Source of the DNA: Gemmatimonadota bacterium
GTDB lineage: Bacteria; Gemmatimonadota; Gemmatimonadetes; Palauibacterales; KS3-K002
Length of the DNA stretch: 64,000 bases
Reading direction: 5' to 3'
Assembly: GCA_039586795.1 (NCBI GenBank)
Contig: JBDHJS010000001.1
Coordinates: 1 to 64,000, forward strand
How positions within the stretch are numbered: position 1 is the first letter of the stretch; each line of letters opens with the position of its first letter. Both the position numbers and the translations under genes were made by a program. Below the pieces are notes generated by a model. The model was not told the origin of the DNA. It worked only from the letters and a program-made list of their open reading frames with translations, and did no database searches. This document shows positions 29,291-37,110 of the stretch, piece by piece.

Positions 29291-30120
29291 CGCTTGTTGT
29301 CCCTCGACCAGGCGGGCCCCTGACAGTCGCACAACTCGCGAAGGTATCTGACCAGGCTCCAGATCTGCTCGCGGCTCAGCGTCCGGCCGTAGGGCGGCAT
29401 CAGGTGGCTCAGATTCATGATGTAGCCACCGGAGTAGATCGCATCGAACAGCGAGTCATCCGGTCGCGCCGACATATACTCCGCGTCGGCGTGCGAGACG
29501 GGCTGCACAGCCAGGCGCTCGGCGTTGGGCCCATCGGCCGCGCCTTCCGTGCCGTGGCAGCTCGCGCAGTAGTGCTGATACAGCGTTTCGCCATCGGTCT
29601 CGTCTTCCGCGATCGGCCCCGAACGGGGAAGCTGCGTCGGCGGTGCGTCGGAGGACGGCTCTCTCTGCAGCAGAAAGTTGGCGATCAACTCGAGCATCGA
29701 TTCCTTGACCAGCGATTCCTCTTCGAGCACCTGCTCATCACGCTCCAGCCCGATCTGGAAGCCGAACCGCTCCCCCACCCACAGATACTGCTCCGCCATC
29801 GGCACGCGGGGCATCACCGTCCCGGGAATCGTGCCCTGCGGGTTCCGAATCATGGAAAAGACGTAGTCGGGATCGCGCGTGACCTGAAGCTGGGAGAGGC
29901 TGGGGCCGATCCTTCCGCCTTCACCGCCAAGCTCGTGGCACCCCAGACAGGGGAGCTTGTCGCGCACCAGTCGCTCCGCCTTCTGCATCTCGAAAGCGGA
30001 GAGCGTCCGCGCTCGCGCGCTGGCCGGCAGGTTCTGACCCAATGCCTGACCCACCGACACGCCAAGGAGTAGCGCGCCGCATGTCGGAACAGCGGTTGAA
30101 AGGCGACTCAAGCTGAGCAT
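29287..30120 (-). CDS. Diheme cytochrome c
   Basis: Signal peptide; CLGCH and CASCH each followed by a distal MP motif. Confidence 0.88.
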   Translation of the reverse strand: MLSLSRLSTAVPTCGALLLGVSVGQALGQNLPASARARTLSAFEMQKAERLVRDKLPCLGCHELGGEGGRIGPSLSQLQVTRDPDYVFSMIRNPQGTIPGTVMPRVPMAEQYLWVGERFGFQIGLERDEQVLEEESLVKESMLELIANFLLQREPSSDAPPTQLPRSGPIAEDETDGETLYQHYCASCHGTEGAADGPNAERLAVQPVSHADAEYMSARPDDSLFDAIYSGGYIMNLSHLMPPYGRTLSREQIWSLVRYLRELCDCQGPAWSRDNKR

Positions 30121-30286
30121 GGGTCGCTAGTGTAGACGGGGCCAGCCGGGCGCGCAAGCAGCCGGAACGGCCGCGCCGCGCGAATAATTGACTCTCGCGG
30201 CCGTATCCGTTATCCGTCAACGGTTCCCGACCGCATGTGGGCCTTCACAGCCGCCTACGGACCACCAACTACGGCACCCCGGGATT

Positions 30287-31669
30287 ATGCAGGACAGCGA
30301 GAAGGAAAAGGGACTTGCGAGTCGCATATGGCGCTCGATCATCCGCGGGCCAGTCTACCCGCGCGACGATCGCGATCGCAAGTGGCTCGTGGTGAACAAC
30401 CTGATTCTGCACCTGCGACCGATCCGACTGCCCCGGAAGTCTCTGAAGTACACCCATACCTTCGGGCTGGGTGGTATGTCGCTCGTCCTCTTCACGCTGC
30501 TCGCGTTGACGGGCATCCTGCTGATGTTCGTCTACGAGCCGTCGCCCGGCCTGGCCTACGATTCGATCCAGAGCCTACAGAACCAGGTCCTGTTCGGAAG
30601 GATGGTGCGCAACGTTCATCACTGGAGCGCCAACTTCCTGATCCTCATCGTCTTCTTGCACCTGCTGCGTGTCTACTTTACGGGCGGCTACCACACGCCA
30701 CGCCAGTTCAACTGGGTGATCGGGATTCTCCTGCTCGTCTGTGTCGTCGCATCGAACTTTACGGGTTACCTGCTCCCTTGGGACCAACTCTCGTATTGGG
30801 CGATCACGATCGTCACGGGCATGCTCAGCTACGTGCCGTTCGTCGGCGAGTGGCTGCGAGAGGTGATCCGCGGCGGACCGGAGATCGGGTCGGCAACGCT
30901 GATCAACTTCTACACCCTCCATACGACCGTCATTCCCGTTGCGCTAATCCTGCTAATGGCATGGCATTTCTGGCGCGTACGAAAAGCTCATGGCGTGGTC
31001 TACCCGAGGTCGATTGGCGAAGTACGCGAAGAGAAGCCCGAGTACGTCCTGACGCTTCCCAACCTCTTTCTGCGTGAGGTGGCCGTAGCGTTGATGCTCG
31101 TCGCGTTCATCATGCTCTTCGCCCTCTTCTTCAACGCACCGCTCGACGAGGCCGCCAATCCAGGGATGAGCCCCAACCCGGCGAAAGCGCCGTGGTACTT
31201 CCTGGGGATACAGGAGATGCTGCTGCATTTCCATCCGCTGTTCGCGGTCGTCATCATCCCGCTGTTGGGCGCCATCGCCATCACCCTGCTACCCTACCTG
31301 CGCTACCAAGACGATACGGAGGGTATCTGGTTCATGTCGCGCCGCGGCAGGCGGCTGGCGATCGTTGCGGCGGCGACAGCCCTGGTCTTCACGCCGTTCT
31401 GGATCGTGCTCGACGAGTACTGGCTGGACCCGATGAGCTGGTTTCCGAGTCTGCCGCCGGGTATCAGCACGGGGTTATTGCCGACCGCGGTCCTCGCGGC
31501 GTTACTGGTCGCGTTCTACATGACGATGAAGCGGAGTCTGTCGGCATCGCGGGATGAGGCGATACAGGCGTCGTTCGTTCTGTTGACGGTGGCGTTTGTG
31601 ATTCTGACGGTGACGGGGGTCTGGTTTCGAGGTGAGGGGATGCGGCTTGTTTGGCCCTGGGTGTATTGA
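30287..31669 (+). CDS. Cytochrome b of Rieske/cytb complex (b plus subunit IV in one chain, extra TM helices)
   Basis: R..HHWSAN, LHLLR, TGYLLPWDQ.SYWA, H..H heme ligands, KAPWYF. Confidence 0.92.
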   Translation: MQDSEKEKGLASRIWRSIIRGPVYPRDDRDRKWLVVNNLILHLRPIRLPRKSLKYTHTFGLGGMSLVLFTLLALTGILLMFVYEPSPGLAYDSIQSLQNQVLFGRMVRNVHHWSANFLILIVFLHLLRVYFTGGYHTPRQFNWVIGILLLVCVVASNFTGYLLPWDQLSYWAITIVTGMLSYVPFVGEWLREVIRGGPEIGSATLINFYTLHTTVIPVALILLMAWHFWRVRKAHGVVYPRSIGEVREEKPEYVLTLPNLFLREVAVALMLVAFIMLFALFFNAPLDEAANPGMSPNPAKAPWYFLGIQEMLLHFHPLFAVVIIPLLGAIAITLLPYLRYQDDTEGIWFMSRRGRRLAIVAAATALVFTPFWIVLDEYWLDPMSWFPSLPPGISTGLLPTAVLAALLVAFYMTMKRSLSASRDEAIQASFVLLTVAFVILTVTGVWFRGEGMRLVWPWVY

Positions 31670-31700
31670 TGGGAACAGGGGAAGAGGAGTGAAGGAATCG

Positions 31701-31738
31701 GTGTATGGAGTGTGGAGTTTGGAGTCTGGAGTTCGGAA
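31701..31738. repeat. Heptamer array GAGTNTG
   Basis: GTGTATG GAGTGTG GAGTTTG GAGTCTG GAGTTCG between cytochrome b and Rieske genes. Confidence 0.7.
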
Positions 31739-31772
31739 CGAGGTTGGGATGAAGCGCTGGTAAGAGAGTGAG

Positions 31773-32462
31773 ATGGGGAAGCGACGAAAGAAGTCGGACA
31801 AAGGCTACCGGGTTGAGGGTAAGGGGCCTAAGGGGCCGCGGCCGGAAGAGGTAGACAGTCCATCGGCGCTGGGCGAGACCGAGGTCGACCAGGTCGAGGC
31901 GGTGGAGCTCGAGCCGGTCGAGCCGGTTGCGGCCGAGGTACGCACGGAGGCGAAGGAGCCGGAGCCCGTGGTGGAAGAGTCGGCAGCGACGGCGGCGCCG
32001 ACGCGACGAGGCTTCTTCCGGCAAGCCTGGCTGGTGCTGGCGGGGCTGGCGGTGCTGGAGTACGTGTGGGTGGCGCTCAACTTCTTGCGGCCGCGGCTGA
32101 CCCCGGAGCAGGCCGCCGGTGTGGTGGTCGCCGGACCGGCGGAGAACTTCGAGCCCGGCAGCGTGACGCCCTTCCCCCGGGGCAAGTTCTATCTATCGAG
32201 GTTGGACGACGGTGGCTTCCTGGCTCTATCCCGCGAGTGCACGCACCTGGGATGCACCGTCCCCTGGCTCGACGACGAGGGACGCTTCATCTGCCCTTGC
32301 CATGCATCGGAATACGATCAGCGAGGAGTCGTCGTCAGTCCGCCGGCGCCGCGACCCCTCGACCTCTTCGCCGTTCGCATCGAGAACGGCGTGGTCAAGG
32401 TGGATACGAGCGAACCGCTGAAGCGGTCGATCTTCGAAGACAGCCAGGTCACGGAGGCCTGA
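31773..32462 (+). CDS. Rieske 2Fe-2S protein
   Basis: Tat motif TRRGFF, CTHLGC and CPCHAS; start uncertain (acidic N-terminal extension). Confidence 0.92.
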   Translation: MGKRRKKSDKGYRVEGKGPKGPRPEEVDSPSALGETEVDQVEAVELEPVEPVAAEVRTEAKEPEPVVEESAATAAPTRRGFFRQAWLVLAGLAVLEYVWVALNFLRPRLTPEQAAGVVVAGPAENFEPGSVTPFPRGKFYLSRLDDGGFLALSRECTHLGCTVPWLDDEGRFICPCHASEYDQRGVVVSPPAPRPLDLFAVRIENGVVKVDTSEPLKRSIFEDSQVTEA

Positions 32463-32465
32463 GAC

Positions 32466-34871
32466 TTGAGCGACGGGACGACCGAACGCACTTCGCCCAC
32501 GGATACCCAGCCCGATGACCTTCGCAGCTGGCGCGTCGCTGGATTGATCGCTCTGGCCGTCATCGTCCTCAGCGTCCCCGTCCACCTGATGAAAGAAGGT
32601 CGATCCCGTACCGTTCCGGTGACGCTGGAAACCGGCGCGACGTTCGTGGGCAGCGACGCCTGCGCCGATTGCCACGAAGAAGAATACGAGGCCTGGATTG
32701 GCTCAGATCACGACAGAGCCACGGAACTCGCGAGTGACCGCACCGTGCTCGGCGACTTCAACGATGCCGAGTTCGCCGACGGCGATGTCTTCGCCCGCTT
32801 CTACAACAGAGCCGGTCGGTACTTCGTATACACACACGGTCCCGACGGTGAGCTAGCGGAGTTCGAGATCACTCACACGCTGGGCTTCAATCCGCTGCAA
32901 CAGTATCTGGTTCCCTTCTCCGGCGGTCGCCTACAGGCGCTGACGATCGCATGGGATACCGAACGCGGCGTGTGGTTCGACATGATCCCCGACCGGGCAA
33001 TCGATTCCAATGACTGGATGCACTGGACGCGAGGCGGCCAGAACTGGAACAGCATGTGCGCCGAGTGTCACTCCACCAACCTGGCCAAGGGCTACAACGC
33101 GCTGACCCGCGAGTACGCGACGACTTGGTCGGAGATCGACGTCGGTTGCGAGTCGTGTCATGGACCGAGCTCGCTCCACGTTGCATGGGCCGAAGTGACG
33201 CCCATGGCACGCCTGCGGTCGGAGAACTACGAGCTCGTGATCAACACGTCGGAGATCGGCCCGGCGCAGGAAGTCGAGATGTGCGCGCCTTGCCACTCGC
33301 ACCACGTAGATTTCGACAGACATGATCACACGCAGACGGAACTGATGCAGGAAGGGGTACCGTCTCTCCTGCGAGAAGATCTCTACTTCCCCGACGGACA
33401 GATCATCGGAGACGTCTACGACTACGGTTCGTTCCAGCAGAGCAAGATGTACCGCAAGGGTGTGCGCTGCGGCGATTGCCACGACGTCCACGATCTGGAG
33501 CTCACCGCGGACGGCAATGATCTCTGTCTGCCCTGCCATCAGGCCAGCATCTACGACAGCTACGACCATCACTTTCACGAGGAACGCGTCGACGGTGCGC
33601 TGAACGAAGGCAGGCTTTGCGTTAAGTGCCACATGCCGGAGCGGAGCTTCATGATCGTCGACCGGCGCGCCGATCACAGCATCCACGTGCCGCGGCCAGA
33701 TCTGACGATAGAGCTCGGCGTGCCGAACGCGTGCGCTTCCGCCGGGTGCCACGACGGCGAGAGCGATAGGTGGAACGCCGACTATTTCCGGCAGTGGTAC
33801 GGCGAACACGCCCGGTCGCACTTCGGGACCACGCTGGCGGCGGGCCGCGAGGGACGCCCGGAAGCGCACGAAGGCTTGATCGAGATCGCTGGTGACACGC
33901 TGTATGCGGGCGTGGTCCGCGCCACGGCGCTCTCGCTGCTCTCCTCCTACTCCGGCGCCAGAAACGCCGAAGCGTTCAAGCTGGCGCTCGCCGACGAGGA
34001 TCCGCTGGTTCGTTACACGGCGGCGGAGTTCGCCAACAGTCTCACGCTTGCCGAGCTGGTCGAAGCGATGACTCCGCTGCTCTTCGACCCGGTCAAGGCG
34101 GTTCGATTGCAGGCGGCGCTTCGGCTGGCGGGAACGCCCGCCGGGATGCTTCAGGACTACCAGCGCGCGCAGCTCGACGAATCGCTGCGCGAGTTCCGGG
34201 ACGCGATGACGCACTCGCTAGAGTTCCCGTTCGCCGAGTACAACCTCGGGACACTACACCTGGCGGAGCGAGACACGGCGGGCGCCGAAGAGCACTTTCG
34301 AGCGGCGATCGAACTGGACGAGCGCTATTTCCCGGCGAAGTTGAATCTAGCGCAGTTGCTGTGGTCATCCGCGCAGTACGAAGAAGCCGAGCGATTGCTC
34401 CGGGAAGTGGTGAGCGACGCGCCTGAGCTGGGCGAAGCCTATTACTCACTGGGGCTGCTGTTGGCGGAGATGGAGCGCTATGCGGAGGCTGAGTCATTCC
34501 TTCGTCGAGCGGCGGAGGCGATGCCGGGACGATCGCGGGTCTATCTCAACCTGGGGCTGGTGGAGCAGGCGGCGGGGCAAACGGCGTTGGCGGAAGCGGC
34601 GCTGCGGCGCGCGTTGGAGATGGAGCCGGGGAATCTCGATTATCAGTTTGCCCTGGCGGATCATTTTGTGCGGCGTGGTGAGTTTGGGCGGGCGCTGGAG
34701 GTGGCCGAGCGGATGGTGAATAGTCATCCGGGGAGTGAGGTGGGTTTCCAGGTGAAGATCTATATCGAGGAGATCATGCAGAAATCGGCTGACGGTGTGG
34801 TTGGGTATGGGTCTTATGATCTTCGCGGGATTAGTGATTATTACATTCGGGTGGGTGGGGCTTCTCGGTGA
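32466..34871 (+). CDS. Multiheme cytochrome c (7 CxxCH plus one CxxxxCH) with HEAT/TPR tail
   Basis: CADCH, CAECH, CESCH, CAPCH, CGDCH, CLPCH, CVKCH, CASAGCH; TM anchor; TPR repeats. Confidence 0.9.
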   Translation: MSDGTTERTSPTDTQPDDLRSWRVAGLIALAVIVLSVPVHLMKEGRSRTVPVTLETGATFVGSDACADCHEEEYEAWIGSDHDRATELASDRTVLGDFNDAEFADGDVFARFYNRAGRYFVYTHGPDGELAEFEITHTLGFNPLQQYLVPFSGGRLQALTIAWDTERGVWFDMIPDRAIDSNDWMHWTRGGQNWNSMCAECHSTNLAKGYNALTREYATTWSEIDVGCESCHGPSSLHVAWAEVTPMARLRSENYELVINTSEIGPAQEVEMCAPCHSHHVDFDRHDHTQTELMQEGVPSLLREDLYFPDGQIIGDVYDYGSFQQSKMYRKGVRCGDCHDVHDLELTADGNDLCLPCHQASIYDSYDHHFHEERVDGALNEGRLCVKCHMPERSFMIVDRRADHSIHVPRPDLTIELGVPNACASAGCHDGESDRWNADYFRQWYGEHARSHFGTTLAAGREGRPEAHEGLIEIAGDTLYAGVVRATALSLLSSYSGARNAEAFKLALADEDPLVRYTAAEFANSLTLAELVEAMTPLLFDPVKAVRLQAALRLAGTPAGMLQDYQRAQLDESLREFRDAMTHSLEFPFAEYNLGTLHLAERDTAGAEEHFRAAIELDERYFPAKLNLAQLLWSSAQYEEAERLLREVVSDAPELGEAYYSLGLLLAEMERYAEAESFLRRAAEAMPGRSRVYLNLGLVEQAAGQTALAEAALRRALEMEPGNLDYQFALADHFVRRGEFGRALEVAERMVNSHPGSEVGFQVKIYIEEIMQKSADGVVGYGSYDLRGISDYYIRVGGASR

Positions 34872-34901
34872 TCGGCGGTCGACGGTCGTCGTTCGACGGG
34901 T

Positions 34902-34996
34902 TCGACGCTCGGACTATTTCGACAGCCGACAGCCGACAGCCGCGTATCGGCGGCCGAGTCCTGTTGGGCGATCGACGTTCGACGCGCGACGTTCGT
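34902..34996. repeat. Left inverted-repeat arm (contains GACAGCC x3)
   Basis: Manual alignment to the reverse complement of 35436-35530. Confidence 0.9.
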
Positions 34997-35017
34997 CGGT
35001 CGGCGATCGTGAGTTGG

Positions 35018-35407
35018 TCAGCTTTTGAGTTTTTCGTTGCGTTTTGCGGTTCTTATGCTGGTGAAGACTATTGCGATAGCCCGGTCCGTGTCCTCCACGG
35101 CCTGGTCAACGGTATCGGCGTCTCCCAGTTCCAGGCGTTGGATGTAGCAGAGCCAGCTCATCGTCTCGCGTAGCTCCTTTAGGCACAGACCCAATTTGTG
35201 GATGAAGTCCTTGCGGGATTCGGCAGCGTTGGCCTCGGCGTGTAATGGCGCTGGCGCGGTGGAGCACCGCACCAATTGGCCCGCTACGTGTTTGCCCACC
35301 CGAGTCGGCGGCAGATCCTCACATATCGCGGCCACCTTCACCGCCAACCCGATCAACCGATCCTGCAAGTCGTAATACGTGGTAACCGTCTCCGGCAGCG
35401 TCTCCAT
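35018..35407 (-). CDS. Four helix bundle protein (23S rRNA IVS protein/Avd-like family)
   Basis: 129 aa; L..R...A, QL.R.ST, EA..AES.KDF.HKL...KE.RET..W pattern; RBS GGAGGGG. Confidence 0.88.
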   Translation of the reverse strand: METLPETVTTYYDLQDRLIGLAVKVAAICEDLPPTRVGKHVAGQLVRCSTAPAPLHAEANAAESRKDFIHKLGLCLKELRETMSWLCYIQRLELGDADTVDQAVEDTDRAIAIVFTSIRTAKRNEKLKS

Positions 35408-35435
35408 ACACCCCTCCCAGAGGGAAAGTCCAACA

Positions 35436-35530
35436 ACGAGCGTCGCGCGTCGGGCGTCGATCGCCGAATTGTCCTCGGTCGTCGGTACGCGGCTGTCGGC
35501 TGTCCGCTGTCGAAATAGTCCGAACGTCGA
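35436..35530. repeat. Right inverted-repeat arm
   Basis: Reverse complement of 34902-34996 with 13 differences. Confidence 0.9.
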
Positions 35531-35596
35531 CCGCCGACCCCGACCGCCGATTGTCGAACGTCCAAGCTACACCCCACCATCAACAATCCCTCAACA

Positions 35597-35622
35597 AGAA
35601 AAAGCGCGGCCCAAAGCCGCGC
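35597..35622 (-). terminator. Intrinsic terminator of arsR-SRPBCC operon
   Basis: Minus strand GCGCGGC-TTTGG-GCCGCGC followed by TTTTTCT. Confidence 0.75.
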
Positions 35623-35658
35623 CTTTCCCAAACAACACCAACCAGCAAGAACCACCAC

Positions 35659-36093
35659 TCAGACAAACAACCTCTCGAGCCGGTTCAGGCAGCTCGTCCA
35701 GCCTTCCTCATGCCCAACCTTCGCCTCACCATTCGGAAACAGTTCATGGCTCAGCATAACCTCAGTGGATTCTCCAACCTCATTGAACTCCACCGTAACG
35801 ATCGTCTCCCCGATCGATTCCTCCTGCCAATCCCACGTATAGACCAAACGACTCGGCTTCTCGATCTCACGATAGATGCCCACCGCCGTGTGCACCTTGC
35901 CTTCTGGCGACTCCATGCGGATCAGGTAGCGGCCGCCCACCGTCAGATCGACCTGTGCGTCTCCAACGTTCATGCCTTCGGGACACGACCACTTCTTCAT
36001 ATGCTCCGGCTGGGTCCATGCCTCGAACACTTTTTCACGACTGGCCTTGATCACCCGGGACAGTCGCAGTGTGGTTCCGGTGTCTGTGCTCAT
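35659..36093 (-). CDS. SRPBCC/AHSA1-family protein
   Basis: VFEAWT.PE...KW, VGGRY, G.Y.EI..P.RLVYTW and GWTSCL motifs. Confidence 0.9.
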   Translation of the reverse strand: MSTDTGTTLRLSRVIKASREKVFEAWTQPEHMKKWSCPEGMNVGDAQVDLTVGGRYLIRMESPEGKVHTAVGIYREIEKPSRLVYTWDWQEESIGETIVTVEFNEVGESTEVMLSHELFPNGEAKVGHEEGWTSCLNRLERLFV

Positions 36094-36464
36094 GATTCGT
36101 TCTCCTTCGGGTTGGTTGGGGCCTCGGTTTCTGCGTCAGGCGCGGCGTTTTCCAGGTAGCGCGCCAGCGAGTCCAGTTGCTCTTCCCAGAACTGCCGATA
36201 GCGCTCGATCCAGTCCGCGGCATCGCGCATCGGCTCGGCATCCAGCTCGCAACGACTGATCCGCCCGTCCCGGGTGCGCTGGACCAGGCCGGCCCGCTCC
36301 AGCACCCGGAGGTGCTTTGAGATGGCCGGTCGCGAAACGTCGAACGGTCGCGCCAGCTCACCGACGGTCGCCTCCCCTTTCGCCAGGCGCGCGAGAATAG
36401 CGCGGCGGATCGGGTCGGCGAGGGCGCCGAAAGTGAAGTCGAGTCTTCTGCCATTGGTAACCAT
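36090..36464 (-). CDS. ArsR/SmtB-family regulator (SRPBCC-associated type)
   Basis: FGALADPIRRAIL and SRPAISKHLRVLE.AGLV; ATG at 36464. Confidence 0.9.
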   Translation of the reverse strand: MVTNGRRLDFTFGALADPIRRAILARLAKGEATVGELARPFDVSRPAISKHLRVLERAGLVQRTRDGRISRCELDAEPMRDAADWIERYRQFWEEQLDSLARYLENAAPDAETEAPTNPKENES

Positions 36465-36502
36465 ATGGTTACCAATATAGCGGCACCCCACCTCTACGTC
36501 AA
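36453..36502 (-). promoter_or_regulatory. Sigma70 promoter plus perfect 24-bp palindromic operator over the start codon
   Basis: TTGACG (36502-36497), 17 nt, TATATT (36479-36474); ATTGGTAACCATATGGTTACCAAT at 36453-36476. Confidence 0.8.
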
Positions 36503-36625
36503 GCGCAGCCTCTCTTCAGGCTATTGTCGATCTGAATGCTCCAAAAAGGATAGAAGGAGGCTCGACTACCCTACCTGTCGAGCCTCCCTCCACTCGCTGT
36601 CTACCGCTGGCGTGGTGCCACGAGA

Positions 36626-37053
36626 TCAGCCGACGCCGAACAACAGCGCCAGCGCCCAGGTCCGGTTCTTCACCGAAGCCGCGTCGGTCTCCGCGATGTC
36701 CGTCAGGCCGTGTGTGTAGGAGAGGTCGAGACCGAGGAACATCACCTGCAATCCCAGGCCGCCCTTCAAGGCAAAATCGAAGCTGTTGGTCTGGGCGCAG
36801 GAAAAACCGCCGAGGCCAGCCAACAACCCGCTCTCGCTGCAGTTCACTTCGAAGTTGAGATCGACGCCCCCGTACAGCCGGGGCCCAAGCAAGCGACCGA
36901 TGATCGGCAGCTTGAACACGGCCATCACGGGAACTTCGATGTATCCCGGCTGCACCTCCGAGCTCGTGCAGCGATTCCAATCTGGGCGCTACCCGAGCTC
37001 GCCAAGAGAAGAACGAATGCTGCCGCCATACCCGAAGCAGTGATCGCACGCAT
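36626..37053 (-). pseudogene. Porin-family beta-barrel gene with internal deletion and frameshift
   Basis: ATG 37053 gives signal peptide MRAITASGMAAAFVLLLASSGSAQIGI; barrel C-terminal half (YIEVP, PRLYGG, YTHGL) is in a different frame from about 36955. Confidence 0.7.
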
Positions 37054-37110
37054 TTCCTTCCCAGCCTTTCAGACAAGTGTGGATGCGGCCAGCAAATGTC
37101 GCGGCACAGT

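Larger units (their letters stand above)
34871..35551. mobile_element. Candidate IVS-like cassette: four-helix-bundle gene enclosed by long inverted repeats
   Basis: 34902-34996 matches the reverse complement of 35436-35530 at 82/95 ungapped; outer ATCGGCGGTCG (34871-34881) pairs with 35541-35551; mobility is inferred, not shown. Confidence 0.55.

Noticed and set aside
34795..35028. Short ORF with a hydrophobic start running through the left repeat arm, mirrored by 35353-35658 on the minus strand
   Set aside because: The shared peptide is simply the translated inverted repeat, and the hydrophobicity follows from G/T-rich composition.
34902..35530. Insertion sequence or diversity-generating retroelement interpretation of the inverted-repeat cassette
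   Set aside because: No transposase or reverse transcriptase nearby and no clear target-site duplication; the repeats are inverted and their differences are not adenine-specific.
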